The notes beneath the pieces were generated by a model. That model saw only the letters and a program-made list of their open reading frames with translations. It was not told the DNA's origin and did not search any database. Positions 11,560-22,989 of a stretch of DNA of 64,000 nt are shown here, one piece after another. Source of the DNA: Malacoraja senta (Eukaryota). Positions within the stretch are counted from its first letter, which is position 1. Every line of letters starts with the position of its first letter. The DNA lies in NCBI GenBank assembly GCA_038087875.1, contig CM075992.1:9736001-9800000 (forward strand), given 5' to 3'. The position numbers and the translations under genes were made by a program.

Positions 11560-12569
11560 CCCACCGCTCCCGGCCCTCAATATTATAAAGGTCAACTGGA
11601 AGGTCTGTTTTATATTCTTATTATGTTACTTCAGTTACGTTTTATCTGTGGTTTCACACCGCTGCTTTGAAGATTGACGCGAATGCTGACTGACGGGGTT
11701 CTTCACGTAATCGCTCATCGTAACTCCTCATAAAATAAAGATCAAACTTCAAACTGGTAAGTTCTCGTTTAATCTTACTATTACATTTCACTGCACCTTA
11801 TGGTGCATGCGACAAATACATTTGAACTTGAACTTGAACTTAAATCAAGTGATACAGTGTGGAGACAGGCCCTTCGGCCCAACTTGCCCACACATGTCCC
11901 AGCTATACTAGTCCCACCTGCCTGCGCTGAGTGCATATCCCTCCAAACCTCTCCTACCCCTTCCCATGTACTCTCCCCTGACTCTCAGTCGAAAGAAGGG
12001 TCTCGACTCTGGACACGAAACATCACCCATTCCTTCTCCCTGGAGATGCTGCCTGTCCCACTGAGTTACTCCAGCATTCTGTGTTCATCCTTGGGTTGCA
12101 ACGAGTTGCTGGAAACGGCATGAGGGCTTTTCAATGACAGCCCCGTTTCCCTGCTATTCCCTTATTGTGCATTGCAGATTAGGCAGCCTCGGTTATTGAA
12201 GTAACTAGATCTCATTATAGTCAGTCGACTAACGGCCTGTCACAGTGGCTTTAGCTTGTCTGCGTACAGTAAATGTATTAATACCACAGGCTCCACTGAG
12301 AGCCGTTCCCCTCCAACTGACTGCCTTGCCTCGGCCAATATAAACATTTTATCACGAGTTCAGAGGTGAGAAAGGGCTACTTTCTTCCGTGGGTCGGAAA
12401 TAATTTGTTGTCTCGAGACCCGGCGGGGCAGGTGGGCCGAGAACCAAGGGTCAGATATTCTGGCCCTCCCGGGTTGTCTGTTGCTCAGTGGCCACCTGTG
12501 TATACAGAGCCCGAGCCTCCCACACTAGTACAGCGGTCTCTCGCTGAAAGTCATCGAGCCCCAGCCCGA

Positions 12570-13350
12570 CCCTGCTCCTCCCCTCTCCACTCCCCTCCTC
12601 TCCCTCCACTCCGCTCCTCCACTCTCTCCTCCTCCCCTCCTCCCCTTTCCACTCCTCGCCTCTTCTCCGTTCCTCTCCTCCCCTCTCCTCTCCTCCCTTC
12701 TCTCTCTAAGCCGCTCCCCTCTCCTCTAATCCCATCTCCCCTCCTTCCCTCCCCTCCTCCCCTCCTCTTCTGTCCTCTCTTCTCCTCCCCTTCTCAGCTC
12801 TCTTCTCCTCTTCCCCTGTCCCCTCCCCTCCTCTCTTCCTCTCCTCCTCTCCTCCCCTATCCTCTACTCTTGTCTCTCCTCTCCTCCCTTCCCTCCTCTC
12901 CCCTCTCCTTCCCCTCCTCTCCCCTCTCCTCCCCTCTCCTCTCCTCCCCTTTCCTCCTCCCTCCCCTCCTACTCCTCTCTTCTCCTGTCCTCCCCTTCTC
13001 AGCTCTTCTCCTCCCATGTCCCCTCCCCCCCTCTCCTCTCCTCTCCTCCTCTCCCCTCTCCTCGAATCTGCTCTCCTCTCTTCTCCTCTCCTCCCCTTCT
13101 CAGCTCTCCTCTCCTCCTTCCCTGTCCCCTCCCTTACTCTCCTCCCCTCCTCACCTCTAGTCTCTCCTCTCCTCTCCTCCCTTCCCTCCTCTCCTCCCCT
13201 CTCCTATCCTCCCCTTCACAGCTCTCCCCTCCTCTCCTCTCCTCTTCCTCTCCTCTCCTCTCCCCTCCTCCTCTCCTCTCCTCTCCTCTCCTCTCCTCCC
13301 ATCCCTCCCCTCCCCTCCTCATCTCTCCCTCCCCTCACCTCCCCACCCCA
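12570..13350. repeat. Polypyrimidine low-complexity tract (CCTCT/CTCCC-type)
   Basis: About 780 bp of almost pure C/T with recurring sub-motifs such as TTCTCAGCTCT. Confidence 0.95.
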
Positions 13351-13668
13351 ACACAAACTGCCTCTGTTGACCTGAGAATGCAATTAGGAAGATGGGAGGC
13401 AGCAAGGAATGATTTAAATTCATCTGGCAGGAAACCATCCCTGGAAAAGCACCAAGTATTCACCACATTAACCAATGCAAAGAACAACCTGCATAAAAAA
13501 CAGATTACAACTCTTCCCCCACCCAGCTCCTTCATCATCTGCATTATAAATGCAAACTCATGTTCCTTTTGATGGCTGCACATTAGTCTTATTCACAAGT
13601 AAATTTTATAATTAGTTGAATCTATCCGTAACCACATTTTGGCTCATGTCTCTGTAATCTAAAGCACT

Positions 13669-13980
13669 GGGTGGCATGGTGGTGCAGCGGTAGAGTTGCT
13701 GCCTACAGCGCTTGCAGCGCCAGAGACCTGAGATCGATCCCGACTACGGGTCTGTACGGAGTTTGTACGTTCTCCTAGTGACCGTGTGAGTTTTCTCCAA
13801 GATCTTCAGTTTCATCCCACATTCAAAAGGCCTAGAGGTTTGTTAATTGGCTTGTTATAAGTGTAAATTGTCCCCAGTGTGTGTAGGGTAGTGTTAGTGT
13901 GCGGGGATCGCTGGTCAGTGCGGACTCGGTGGGCCGAAGGGCCTGTTTCTGCTCTGCATCTCTAAACTAAATTAAACTAA
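13669..13980 (+). mobile_element. Full-length HE1-like tRNA-derived SINE
   Basis: A-box-like TGGTGCAGCGG, B-box-like GATCGATCC, core region and CTAAA tail. Confidence 0.85.
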
Positions 13981-14049
13981 GCATCTAGTCAACCATTTGT
14001 TAAGAAACCTCGCAGTAGTCAGCAGATCAGGCTGTGGAAAGATATGGAG

Positions 14050-14720
14050 GTAGATGCTGGTTTAAACCGAAGGTAGACACAAAATGCTGGAGGAATTCAG
14101 CGGGACAGGCAGCATCTCTGGAGAGAAGGAAAAGGTAATGTTTCGGGTCGAGACCCTTTTCAGACTGAAAGTTAGGGGAGAGGGAAACAAGAGATAGAGA
14201 CAGTGATACATATATAGAGAGAGAGAGAACAAATGAATGAAAAATATGCAAAAAGTACAGGTAAGAAAAGGTACCGAACAAATCAGAGCAGGCTCTGAAG
14301 AACAAGGAAAGGTGGAACTCACAAACATCCATGGTTGGTTGTGGAAGTTTAGTTTAGAGATACAGCGCAGAAACAGGCCCTTCACCCTACCGAGTCTGCA
14401 CCGACTAGCGATCCCCGCACACTAACACTATCCCACACACACTAGAGACAATTTACAATTTTACCAAGCCAATTAACCTTCAAACCTGTACGTCTTTGGA
14501 GTGTGGGAGGAAACCAGAGATCTCGGAGAAAACCCACACAGGTCACAGGGAGAACGTACAAATTCCGTACAGACGGCACCCGTAGTTAGGATGGAACCCG
14601 GGTCTCTGGCGCTGTGAGGCAGCAACTCTACCGCTGCGCCACCGTGCTGCCAGTGACATCAAAGTGAAACTAGCCGGACGACTACGGTGGGGGAGGGACA
14701 GAGAGAGAGGGAATTCAAGG
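14050..14720 (-). mobile_element. Penelope-like 3' region interrupted by a full HE1-like SINE (14347-14650, minus strand)
   Basis: Reverse-complement pseudo-LTR at 14050-14165; SINE from (TTTAG) through CACCGTGCTGCC. Confidence 0.7.
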
Positions 14721-15044
14721 GTTACTTGAAACCAGAGAGAGATAGGGTGTGGAAAGATCGGAAGAGTTCACAGTTCAGGTCAATGGCCTTTCGTCAGAAT
14801 GATGAGAAAGTTGGGCACCAAATGTGTTTGAAGGTGCAGGGTATAGGACAAAAAGCTGAATATCAAAAAGAGGATAAGAGAGATGAGAGATGTAATTGGA
14901 ATGAGAAATAAATGCTGGAACTGTGAGGAATAAAACGTAGAAAATAAAATACAAGCTGCTGGAAATTCTCCACAGACTCTCCCTCAGAACCCACGACGTT
15001 GACCTTAAACAATGACTCTGTTTTTATTCCCACATATTACTTAT

Positions 15045-16120
15045 AAGGAAAGGTTGGGCAAACCTGCATTGTTTTCTTGGGAATGTGATGATTGAGAGGC
15101 GACCTTGAAGAAGTATATGGACCTCATGTACAAAGCTCCCTGAAGGTAGCAACACTGGTAGATAGAGTGATAAAGAAAGCATATGGTATGATTGCTTTTA
15201 TTTGGTCAGTGCATTGAGTATAAGTCATGAAGTCAAGATGCAGCATTATAAAACTTTAATGGACTTTAATAGTGTCTTTATACTTTAATACTTACTGAAT
15301 AGTGAAAAGCCTGGATAGAGTGAATGGGGAGTGGTTGTTTCCACTAGTGTGAGAGTCTAGGACCAGAGGGCACAGCCTCAGAATTAAAGGACATACCTTT
15401 AGAAAGGAGACGAGGAGGAATTTCTTTAGTCAGATGGTGGTGAATCTGTGGAATTCATTGCCACAGAAGGCTGTGGAGGCGAAATCAATGGATATTTTTA
15501 AGGTGCAGATTGACAGATTCTTGATTAGTGCGGGAGTCGGGTTATGGGGAGAAGGCAGGAGAATGGGGTTGAGATGGATATATAGATCAGCCATGATTGA
15601 ATGGCTGAGAAGACTTGATGGGCTGAATGGCCTAAGTCTGCTCGTGGACCTTATGAATTGTAGTTAGGTTGCATTTGGAGTGTTGCATGCAATGCTGGTT
15701 GCCCCATTGCTGGAAGAATGAGGGGGGTTGGAGAGGGTTCTGAGGAGGTTTACCAGAAAGATGCCCGGATTAGAGGGTATAAACTATCAGGTGAGGCTGG
15801 ACAGACTTGGATTGTTTTCTCTGGATCATCGGAGTTTATGGGGAGACCTAGGAATCAGCACAGAGACAGGCCCTTGTGCCCAAAGTCCATGCCGACCAAG
15901 GTACCCCATCTACCCTAGTTTCACCTGCCCACATTTGGCCCATATCCTCCTCTGGCAGCTCATTCCATATACCCACCACCTGATAGAAGCATATCAAATT
16001 ATGAGATGCACAGATCGGTAGACACAGAACCTTTCCCCCCAAGCTGGACTAGAGGACCTTAAAGTGAGAGGGGCAGAGTTTAAAGGAGATGTGCAGGCCA
16101 AACATTTTTACACAGAGAGT
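15045..16120 (+). mobile_element. Cluster of old nested CR1 fragments
   Basis: VVNLWNSLPQKAVEA (15434), ERVLRRFTR..PGLEG..Y..RLDRLGLFSL (15728). Confidence 0.7.
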
Positions 16121-16159
16121 GGTGAGTGCGGAGTTTGTACATTCTCCCCGTGACCTGTG

Positions 16160-16796
16160 TGGGTTTTCTCCTAATTTGAGGAAGGACATTCTTGCTATTG
16201 AGGGAGTGCAGCGTAGGTTTACAAGGTTAATTCCCAGGATGGTGGGACTGTCATATGCTGAGAGAATGGAGCAGCTGGGCTTGTACACTCTGGAGTCATT
16301 GTAGTCAATGCCTACTATGTTCTGTTGTGCTGAAGCAAAGCAAGAATTTCATTGGCCTATCAGGGACACATGACAATAAACTCTCTTGAATCTCTTGAAT
16401 CTTGAGAAGGATGAGAGGGCATCTTATTGAAACATCTAAGATTGTTAAGTGTTTGGACACGCTGGAGGCAGGAAACATGTTCCCAATGTTGGGGGAGTCC
16501 GGAACCAGGGGCCACAGTTTAAGAAAAAGGGGTAAGCCATTTGGAACGGAGACGAGGAAACACTTTTTCTCACAGAGAGTTGTGAGTCTGTGGAATTCTC
16601 TGCCTCAGAGGGCGGTGGAGGCCAGTTCTCTGGATGCTTTCAAGAGAGAGCTGGATAGGGCTCTTAAAAATAGCGGAGTCGGGGGATATGGGGAGAAGGC
16701 AGGAACGGGGTACTGATTGGGGATGATCAGCCATGATCACATTGAATGGCGGTGCTGACTCGAAGGGTCGAATGGCCTACTCCTGCACCTATTGTC
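16160..16796 (+). mobile_element. CR1 3' fragment inside an HE1 SINE, itself interrupted by a Rex1-type tail (16299-16404)
   Basis: [19 protein letters not shown]...LYTLE|RRMRGHLIET; the SINE halves lie at 16120-16165 and 16795-16990. Confidence 0.8.
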
Positions 16797-17299
16797 TCCG
16801 AGATCTTCGGTTTCCTCCCACACTCCAAAGACGTACAGGTGTGTAGGTTAATTGGCTTGGTATAAAAGTAAAAATGTAAAAAAATGTCTAGTGTGTGTTT
16901 AGTAGTGTTAATGTGCGGGGATCGCTGGTCGACGCGGACTCAATGGGCCGAAGGACCTGTTTCTCTGCTGGATCTCTCAACTAAACTAAAATAAAGTTGC
17001 TGTCTACCAGGAGATTGTTTGCCGACTAACTTCGGTTTGAAGAAGGGTCTCAACTCAAAATGTCATCTATCCGTGTTCTCCAGTGATGCTGCCTGACCCG
17101 CTGTTCCTCAAGCACTTTGTGTCCTTTTGTGTATTAACCAGCATCTGCAGTTCTTTGCTTGTCCAGATATGCCTGTTTACGATTACTTTCGATGTCAGCC
17201 TTCCCAGTAAACAACAGGTCACTTCAGGCAGCACCACACTCAGTAACATCATGGCTTCATTAGCATAATGATTGCATTGTTGTCCTGTATCTGGAGAAC

Positions 17300-18145
17300 T
17301 GGAAGGTAGACACAAAATAACTCAGCGGAACAGGCAGCATCTCTGGAGAGAAGGAATGGGTGACGTTTTGGGTTGAGACCCTTCTTCAGACATTGATTTG
17401 GAGATGTGAGTTTGATTCCTAATATCGTATCCAAGACAACATAAACTTAAGTAAATCTGGATTTTAAAAGGATGATGAATAGTCAGGACAATACGAGTTT
17501 ATCATTTAAAACTCATCTGGTTTGCACACTCCCCCACCCAAGTCACACACACTTCTTGTTTTCACCCAACAAACAGCTAACAATGACCTGTTTCATTTAT
17601 CATCATAACTTTTTGCATATATTTCGTTCATTGTTCTTTATCTCTCCACATCATCGTCTATATCTCTCATTTCCCTTTCCCATGACTTGCAGTCTGAAGA
17701 AGGGTCTCGACCCGAAACGTCACCCATTCCTTCTCTCCAGAGATGCTGCCTGTCCCGCTGAGTTACTCCAGCATTTTGTGACTATCTTTGGTTCACTCAC
17801 TCCCCATTTAATCTCTCTTCTCCTCTCTCCTTTCATTTTTGAAAGCATGTACTACCAGATTCAAAGACACTGCTTCCTTCCTCCTGGTACCTTGAACATA
17901 CGTTGCATATGCTATGAGTGAATCCCTGATCTTCCAATCTACCTCACTGTGGCTCTTGTACTTTTATTTATCTGCACTTTGTCTGTAGCTGTAACATTAC
18001 ATATTCAGTGCTGTTTCTTTTCACTTTGGCAAGAGATGATGTATTCAAACGTTCTGAAGAAGGGCCTCGACCCGAAACATCACCCATTCCTTCTCTCCAA
18101 AGATGCTACCAATCCTACTGAGTTACTTCAGCATTTTATGTCTAC
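17300..18145. mobile_element. Penelope-like pseudo-LTR cluster (minus 17305-17392; plus 17530-17790 and 18054-18145)
   Basis: Repeated CTGAAGAAGGG..CGACCCGAAAC unit in both orientations. Confidence 0.7.
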
Positions 18146-18344
18146 CTGCATTCTCAAATAAGGTTTGATTTGCCTGGATCATTCACAAAGGAAAATTATT
18201 TCACTGCATCTGGGTATAGATGACAATAGTAAACCAATGAGCTTCAGGGAAGGAAATATGCCATACTGATCTGGTTTGACCTACACATGACTCTAAACCC
18301 AGCAGCGTGGCTGAGAACTGCCCTCTGAAATGCTGTCAGTTTAA

Positions 18345-19069
18345 AGGGCCTGTCCCACTGTGGCGACCTAACCTGTGAGTTTAGACGAGTTTGCCCTTGA
18401 CTCAATCTCGCAGCATGGTCAACACGTGGTCCTAGGAGGTCCTATGAGGTCGCTGGAACTCTCGAGAGAAGTTCCCGCATACTCGCGGCCTCAACTAGGT
18501 CGCGCAAAAATTTTCAGCATGCTGAAAAAATTTCCACAAGTAAAACTACGGTTCTTTTGAACTCTTAGTGCAGTGGAGTGGGGTCGCTATTTAGTTACAG
18601 GCAGTCGAGGGCAGCCATAGGCAATCTCCTTCGCTGACCGGGCATTTTAATTGGCTCATTGGAGTATTCAGGACCAAGGAAAACCGACCAGTAGGTAAAA
18701 TGCCCGCTAAACTTTATTAAACTTCTTAAAAGTGTCTCCACTCCTTCTCCCCCCCTTCTCTCCCCCTCTCTTCCCTTCTCTTTCCCCGCTCCCCCACTCT
18801 CTAAAGGACTTACCGTTACTGTGCAGCCGTTTTACCTTCCTCTTCATCGCGGGTGTGAATTTTAGACAGCGTTCCCCTGCTTTCCCTGGCCCCCACCTTC
18901 GCGATGTGTGTGTGTGTATGTGTGTGTGTGCGGTCGGTCGATCCAGCTCGCGGTTTCAACGCGGACGGTCGATCCAGCTCGAGGCTTTCCAGGGGAGTGC
19001 CCTCGAGCTTGAAGGTCGAAGACACTCTTTTGGACTTGCAGATTAGTTCGCCCAAGTGGGACAGCCCCT
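18345..19069. mobile_element. PIF/Harbinger-type MITE
   Basis: TIRs AGGGCCTGTCCCACT / AGTGGGACAGCCCCT with TAA on both sides. Confidence 0.85.
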
Positions 19070-19074
19070 TAAGA

Positions 19075-19380
19075 CTGCACGATGCTGCAGCGGTAGAGTT
19101 GCAGCCTTACAGCGCCAGAGACCCGGGATCGATCCTGACTACGGGTGCTGTCTGTACGGAGTTTGCACGTTCTCCCCGTGACTGCGTGCGTTTTCTCCGG
19201 GTGCTCCGGTTTCCTCCCACACTCCAAAGACGTACAGGTTTATAGGTTAATCGGATTCAGTAAAATTGTAAATTGTCCCTAGTGTGTGTAGGATAGTGTT
19301 AATATGCGGGGATCGCTGGTCGAGGTGGTCTCGGTGGGCCGAGGGGCCTGTTTCCGCTCTGTATCTCTAAACTAAACTAA
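19075..19380 (+). mobile_element. HE1-like SINE
   Basis: Complete head, core and tail. Confidence 0.85.
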
Positions 19381-20061
19381 GTGGGGAGTCAGGCAAAAAA
19401 TTCTCACCACATCAAGTGGGTGAACAATAAAAAGTGCTAGGCCCACCATTGGAGGATGTACAAGACAAATGCCATGAGAGGAATGGTGGGGGAGTCTCTG
19501 GATGATGTGGATATTTAAGTGAATGGTCCTGATTAGATTAAGTGTTTAACAAATCCTATTGCAGTGGGTTCCAATAAAATTAAGTTTTATTGACTTCCCG
19601 TCCCCTTTTACAGTTTGCATACCTGCACTAATGCATACTAACTCCAGGATATAATTCACCCTGGCTACAGGTGATGGGGAATACCTCTATCTGACCCAGG
19701 GTGTCTGTGCTAATATGCCCAGTGTGAGCTGTGTCTCGAGTTTAATGGGAGTCTGGTAATGTCGAAACAGGAGGAGATGATAAGATCAGAACGATGATCA
19801 ATCTCCCCAGATATTAAAGACCAGACGATCCCAAAGGAAGCCCATTGCATTAAAATTGATGCGTTTTAATATATTTATTTAAGACTCAACTCCCCGTTCC
19901 ATGTACCTTGTTGGGGTTGTAGTGTCGAGCATGAAGCAGCGGTCAATGTTATGAAAACCCAGCAGATGATCTGGTCGTTATCAGACTGCTGCGGGTGGGA
20001 TAACAGAGTGTTATGTCTCTGCCATTATAACAGTATCCTTGCTTGAAACACAGGCTGTAAG

Positions 20062-20248
20062 CTATGCTGCTGGCCTTGTCGAGGCAGCGTGAGTTGTAGA
20101 TGGAGTCAATGGAAGGGAGGTTGGTTTGTGTGATGGTCAGGGCTGCGTCCACAATTCGCTGCAGTTTCTTGCGGTCTTGGATGGAGCTGTTCCCAAAGCA
20201 AGCTGTGATGCATCCGGATAAAATGCTTTCTCTGGTGCATCTGCAGAA
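20062..20248 (-). mobile_element. Internal Rex1/Babar ORF fragment
   Basis: FCRCTRESILSGCITACFGN...RKKLQRIV...SRCLDKASSI, homologous to the 38324 ORF. Confidence 0.8.
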
Positions 20249-20905
20249 CATTACAACAGTGTCTTATTTGAAACACAGGGTGAAATGTGTCTGTGAACTT
20301 ACATGTGATTCCAGGATTTACATGTGGGGCAAACTTGAAACATATCTGTGAATATCCTGGGGTGGAGAAGTAACCTACAGGAATTGAAGGGCGTAATTTG
20401 TCCAGTTTAGTTTAGTTTAGTTTACTTTAGTTTAGTTTAGGTCAGTTTAGATTGGTTTGGATTCATTAATTATTAGGCGTACAGTGACAATATTTTCTGT
20501 TGTGTCCTATCCAGTGAGCAGAGAGACAATATATGATTATAATCAAGCTGTGCCCAGTGTACAGATACAGGATAAATGGAATAATGTTTATAAAGTCCAA
20601 GATAAGTGCAAGGTAAAGTCTGATTAAAGACAGTCCAAGGGTCTCCAATGAGGTCCAAGAAGGGTTTAGCAGGCATGTATTAAACATAGAAAAGGCACAC
20701 TGGAGTAACTCAGCGGGACGGGCAGCATCTCTGGTGAACTATCTCCGGATAGGTGAAGCTTCAGGTCGGTTGATTAAAGGTACATGTTTGTATCCTTGCA
20801 CGCATGTGCATGTTCTCGATACACTAACCGATTACCCAAGAATAGGGAGATTAGAATCTGCTTTCCCAGTGACCCGAAACGTTACCTGTCCATGTTCTAC
20901 AGAGA

Positions 20906-21749
20906 GAGAGAAGAGAGATACATTTATTTGTCACATGTACCAATTTGTACAGTGAAATGTGTGGTGGCCATACAGCCATACGAATAATAAAGAGCACAGA
21001 ACACGATAGTTTTTAACACAGACATCCCCACACAGCGGGATCAAAGTTTCCCCACTGTGAGGGAAGGCTCCAAAATTCATTCATCCTCCTCTGTTGCCCT
21101 CCCGTGGTCGGGGGGCTCCCGAGCCCCCGCTGTCGCCGCTACGGGCATCCCGATGTTCAAGCCCGCTCGCCGGGGTGATGGAAGTCTGACGTCGGGACTG
21201 GAGGGCATCCTCCGCAGCTTGGACATCCGAAACGGCCACCTCCTGCCAGAGTCCGCGGCTTCCGAAGTCCACAGGCCGCGCCGGGAGGAGATTCAATGCT
21301 GGCGGCCCTCGGCAAATGGCCCCAGGTCTCCGCAATGTTGAAGACAGCGCCGGCCACGCTGGAAGCTCTGCAGCTCCGATGTAGATGCAGCAGGCCCAGC
21401 ACCCCGGAGCCTCCACGGCGATCCCAGGTAAGGCATCGCCCGCTCCGCTGTGAATCCAGCGCTGCGCCGCCGCTGCTGGAGCTCTGGTCCGGTCCCCGGC
21501 AGGAAAGGCCGCTCCAATCCAGGTGGTAGGCCGCGAGGAGGGGGGCGAGGACGCGACTCGGAGAATGGTCGCGTCCTCGCCAGGAAGTGACTGGGAAACG
21601 GTTTCCCCCTTACCCTACCCCCCTCCCCCACATAGAAAAGTTAGAGAAACTAAAGACACATACTTTTAAAACTAACTAAAAATAATAAAAAGATAGAAAA
21701 ACAAACGGACTGTAGGCAGAGGCTGCCTTCAATGCGGTGCCCCTAGTGG
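20906..21749 (-). mobile_element. GC-rich non-autonomous retroposon, inserted in a PLE repeat
   Basis: Homologous to 50742-51610. 3' end GTGACAAATAAA plus (CT)n; CAGAGA duplicated at 20900 and 21750. Confidence 0.75.
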
Positions 21750-22157
21750 CAGAGATGCTGCCTGACCCGCTGAGTTACTCCAGCACTTGTTCAGTGGAAG
21801 GTTCCAGCATCTGCACTTCCTTGTGTCCCTGGTAATATACAACTCTACCATCCTGTGACCCACTACAGACTTTAGTGGACTTAATCTTGAACTAAACTTT
21901 ATTCCCTTTATCCTGTATCTGTGCACTGTAGACTGCTTGATTGTAAAAATGTATTGTCTCTCCACTGACTGGATAGCATGCAACAAAACAGCTTTTCTCT
22001 GTACCTCGGTACACATGACGTTAAACTAAATTAACTAACAAACTCAAGCCTCCAACCATTGTGATTCTCTCTGCACTCACATCCTTCCTGTGGTGGGGTG
22101 ACCAGAATCACGCCCGATTCTCCAAGTGTGGCCTAACCGATGTTTTGTGCAGCTGGG

Positions 22158-22342
22158 CTGCACGGTGGCGCAGCGGTAGAGTTGCTGCCTCAGAGCGCCA
22201 GGGACCCGGGTTCGATCCTGACTATGGGTGCTGTTTGTATGGAGTTTGTACGTTCTCCCTGTGACCACGTGGGTTTTCTACTGTGCTCCAGTGTCATACC
22301 AAAGACGTGCAGGTTTGTAGGTTAATTGGCTTCAGTAAAATT
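22158..22342 (+). mobile_element. HE1-like SINE 5' part
   Basis: GCACGGTGGCGCAGCGGTAGAG...GGGTTCGATCC. Confidence 0.8.
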
Positions 22343-22932
22343 AACGGGGGGGAGGGGGGAGAGCCATGGGGGAGAGGGGGGTATCACGGGCAGGAGCCAG
22401 CGAGGGGGACCAGAGGGGAAGGGGCTGGAGCTGGTGGTGCGATGGGGACTCACAGCGGGCGCTGGTCGCTGGTCATTTTCCTCCGCCGAGGTCAGAGTCT
22501 CCGCTTTCCGTTTGGCGACATCGGCTATATCTCCGACTCCGCGCCGCGCCGCACCGCTTCCGTTCCCTCCGAAAATTGTGTCCAGTTGGAGACCTCCACC
22601 GGCCACCTCAGCTCCTGTAAAGACACGATGGTGCAGGAAGGGGCAGAGCATCCCGGGAATGATAGAAGAGACCAATCCGCGCGGCGCTGACTGGCAGGAG
22701 AGGAGATCGATCTGCGCAAGCGCGGTTTTAAAGATTTTTAAACCTCGCAAATTTTTACTATATACCACCGATCGGAACAAAACCTGGTGCACTTGCAGCA
22801 CAGGAGAACGGTGAGTGAGCTGGCAAAAAATCGTACTGCTATCGTGTACCATTTTTGCGCAAATAGAAAAACCGCGCACACTGGAAGAGCACAAGATCAG
22901 AGTTTTAGATGAAGATGGACAGATAGACAGAC

Positions 22933-22973
<41 letters not shown>

Positions 22974-22985
22974 TAAAGACATAAA
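22343..22985. mobile_element. Unclassified CpG-rich interspersed element ending in a (GACA/GATA)n microsatellite
   Basis: Abrupt composition change between two SINE parts; no TIR found. Confidence 0.4.
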
Positions 22986-22989
22986 GACA

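Larger units (their letters stand above)
7022..11782 (+). mobile_element. DIRS1-like tyrosine-recombinase retrotransposon, copy 1 (structurally complete, ORFs disrupted)
   Basis: Left end ATTTTACTTCGGAGTCACGTGAG. ITR cores ~7051-7083 and ~11675-11707 are inverted. The ICR at 11446-11559 is complementary to both termini. gag, RT, RH, MT and YR motifs lie inside. Confidence 0.95.

Noticed and set aside
12366..13375. Long Pro/Ser/Leu-rich ORFs (264 aa, 119 aa) and Arg/Gly/Glu-rich antisense ORFs
   Set aside because: They are artefacts of the stop-free polypyrimidine tract.
13669..13750. tRNA gene-like A/B boxes (also at ~22160, 27625, 47075)
   Set aside because: These are SINE heads continuing into the SINE core and LINE-like tail; no complete cloverleaf is evident.
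21735..21750. CTCF-like motif (CCACTAGGGGCAC, minus strand) at the 5' end of the GC-rich retroposon
   Set aside because: It is one base short of the consensus spacing and is not preserved in the other copies.
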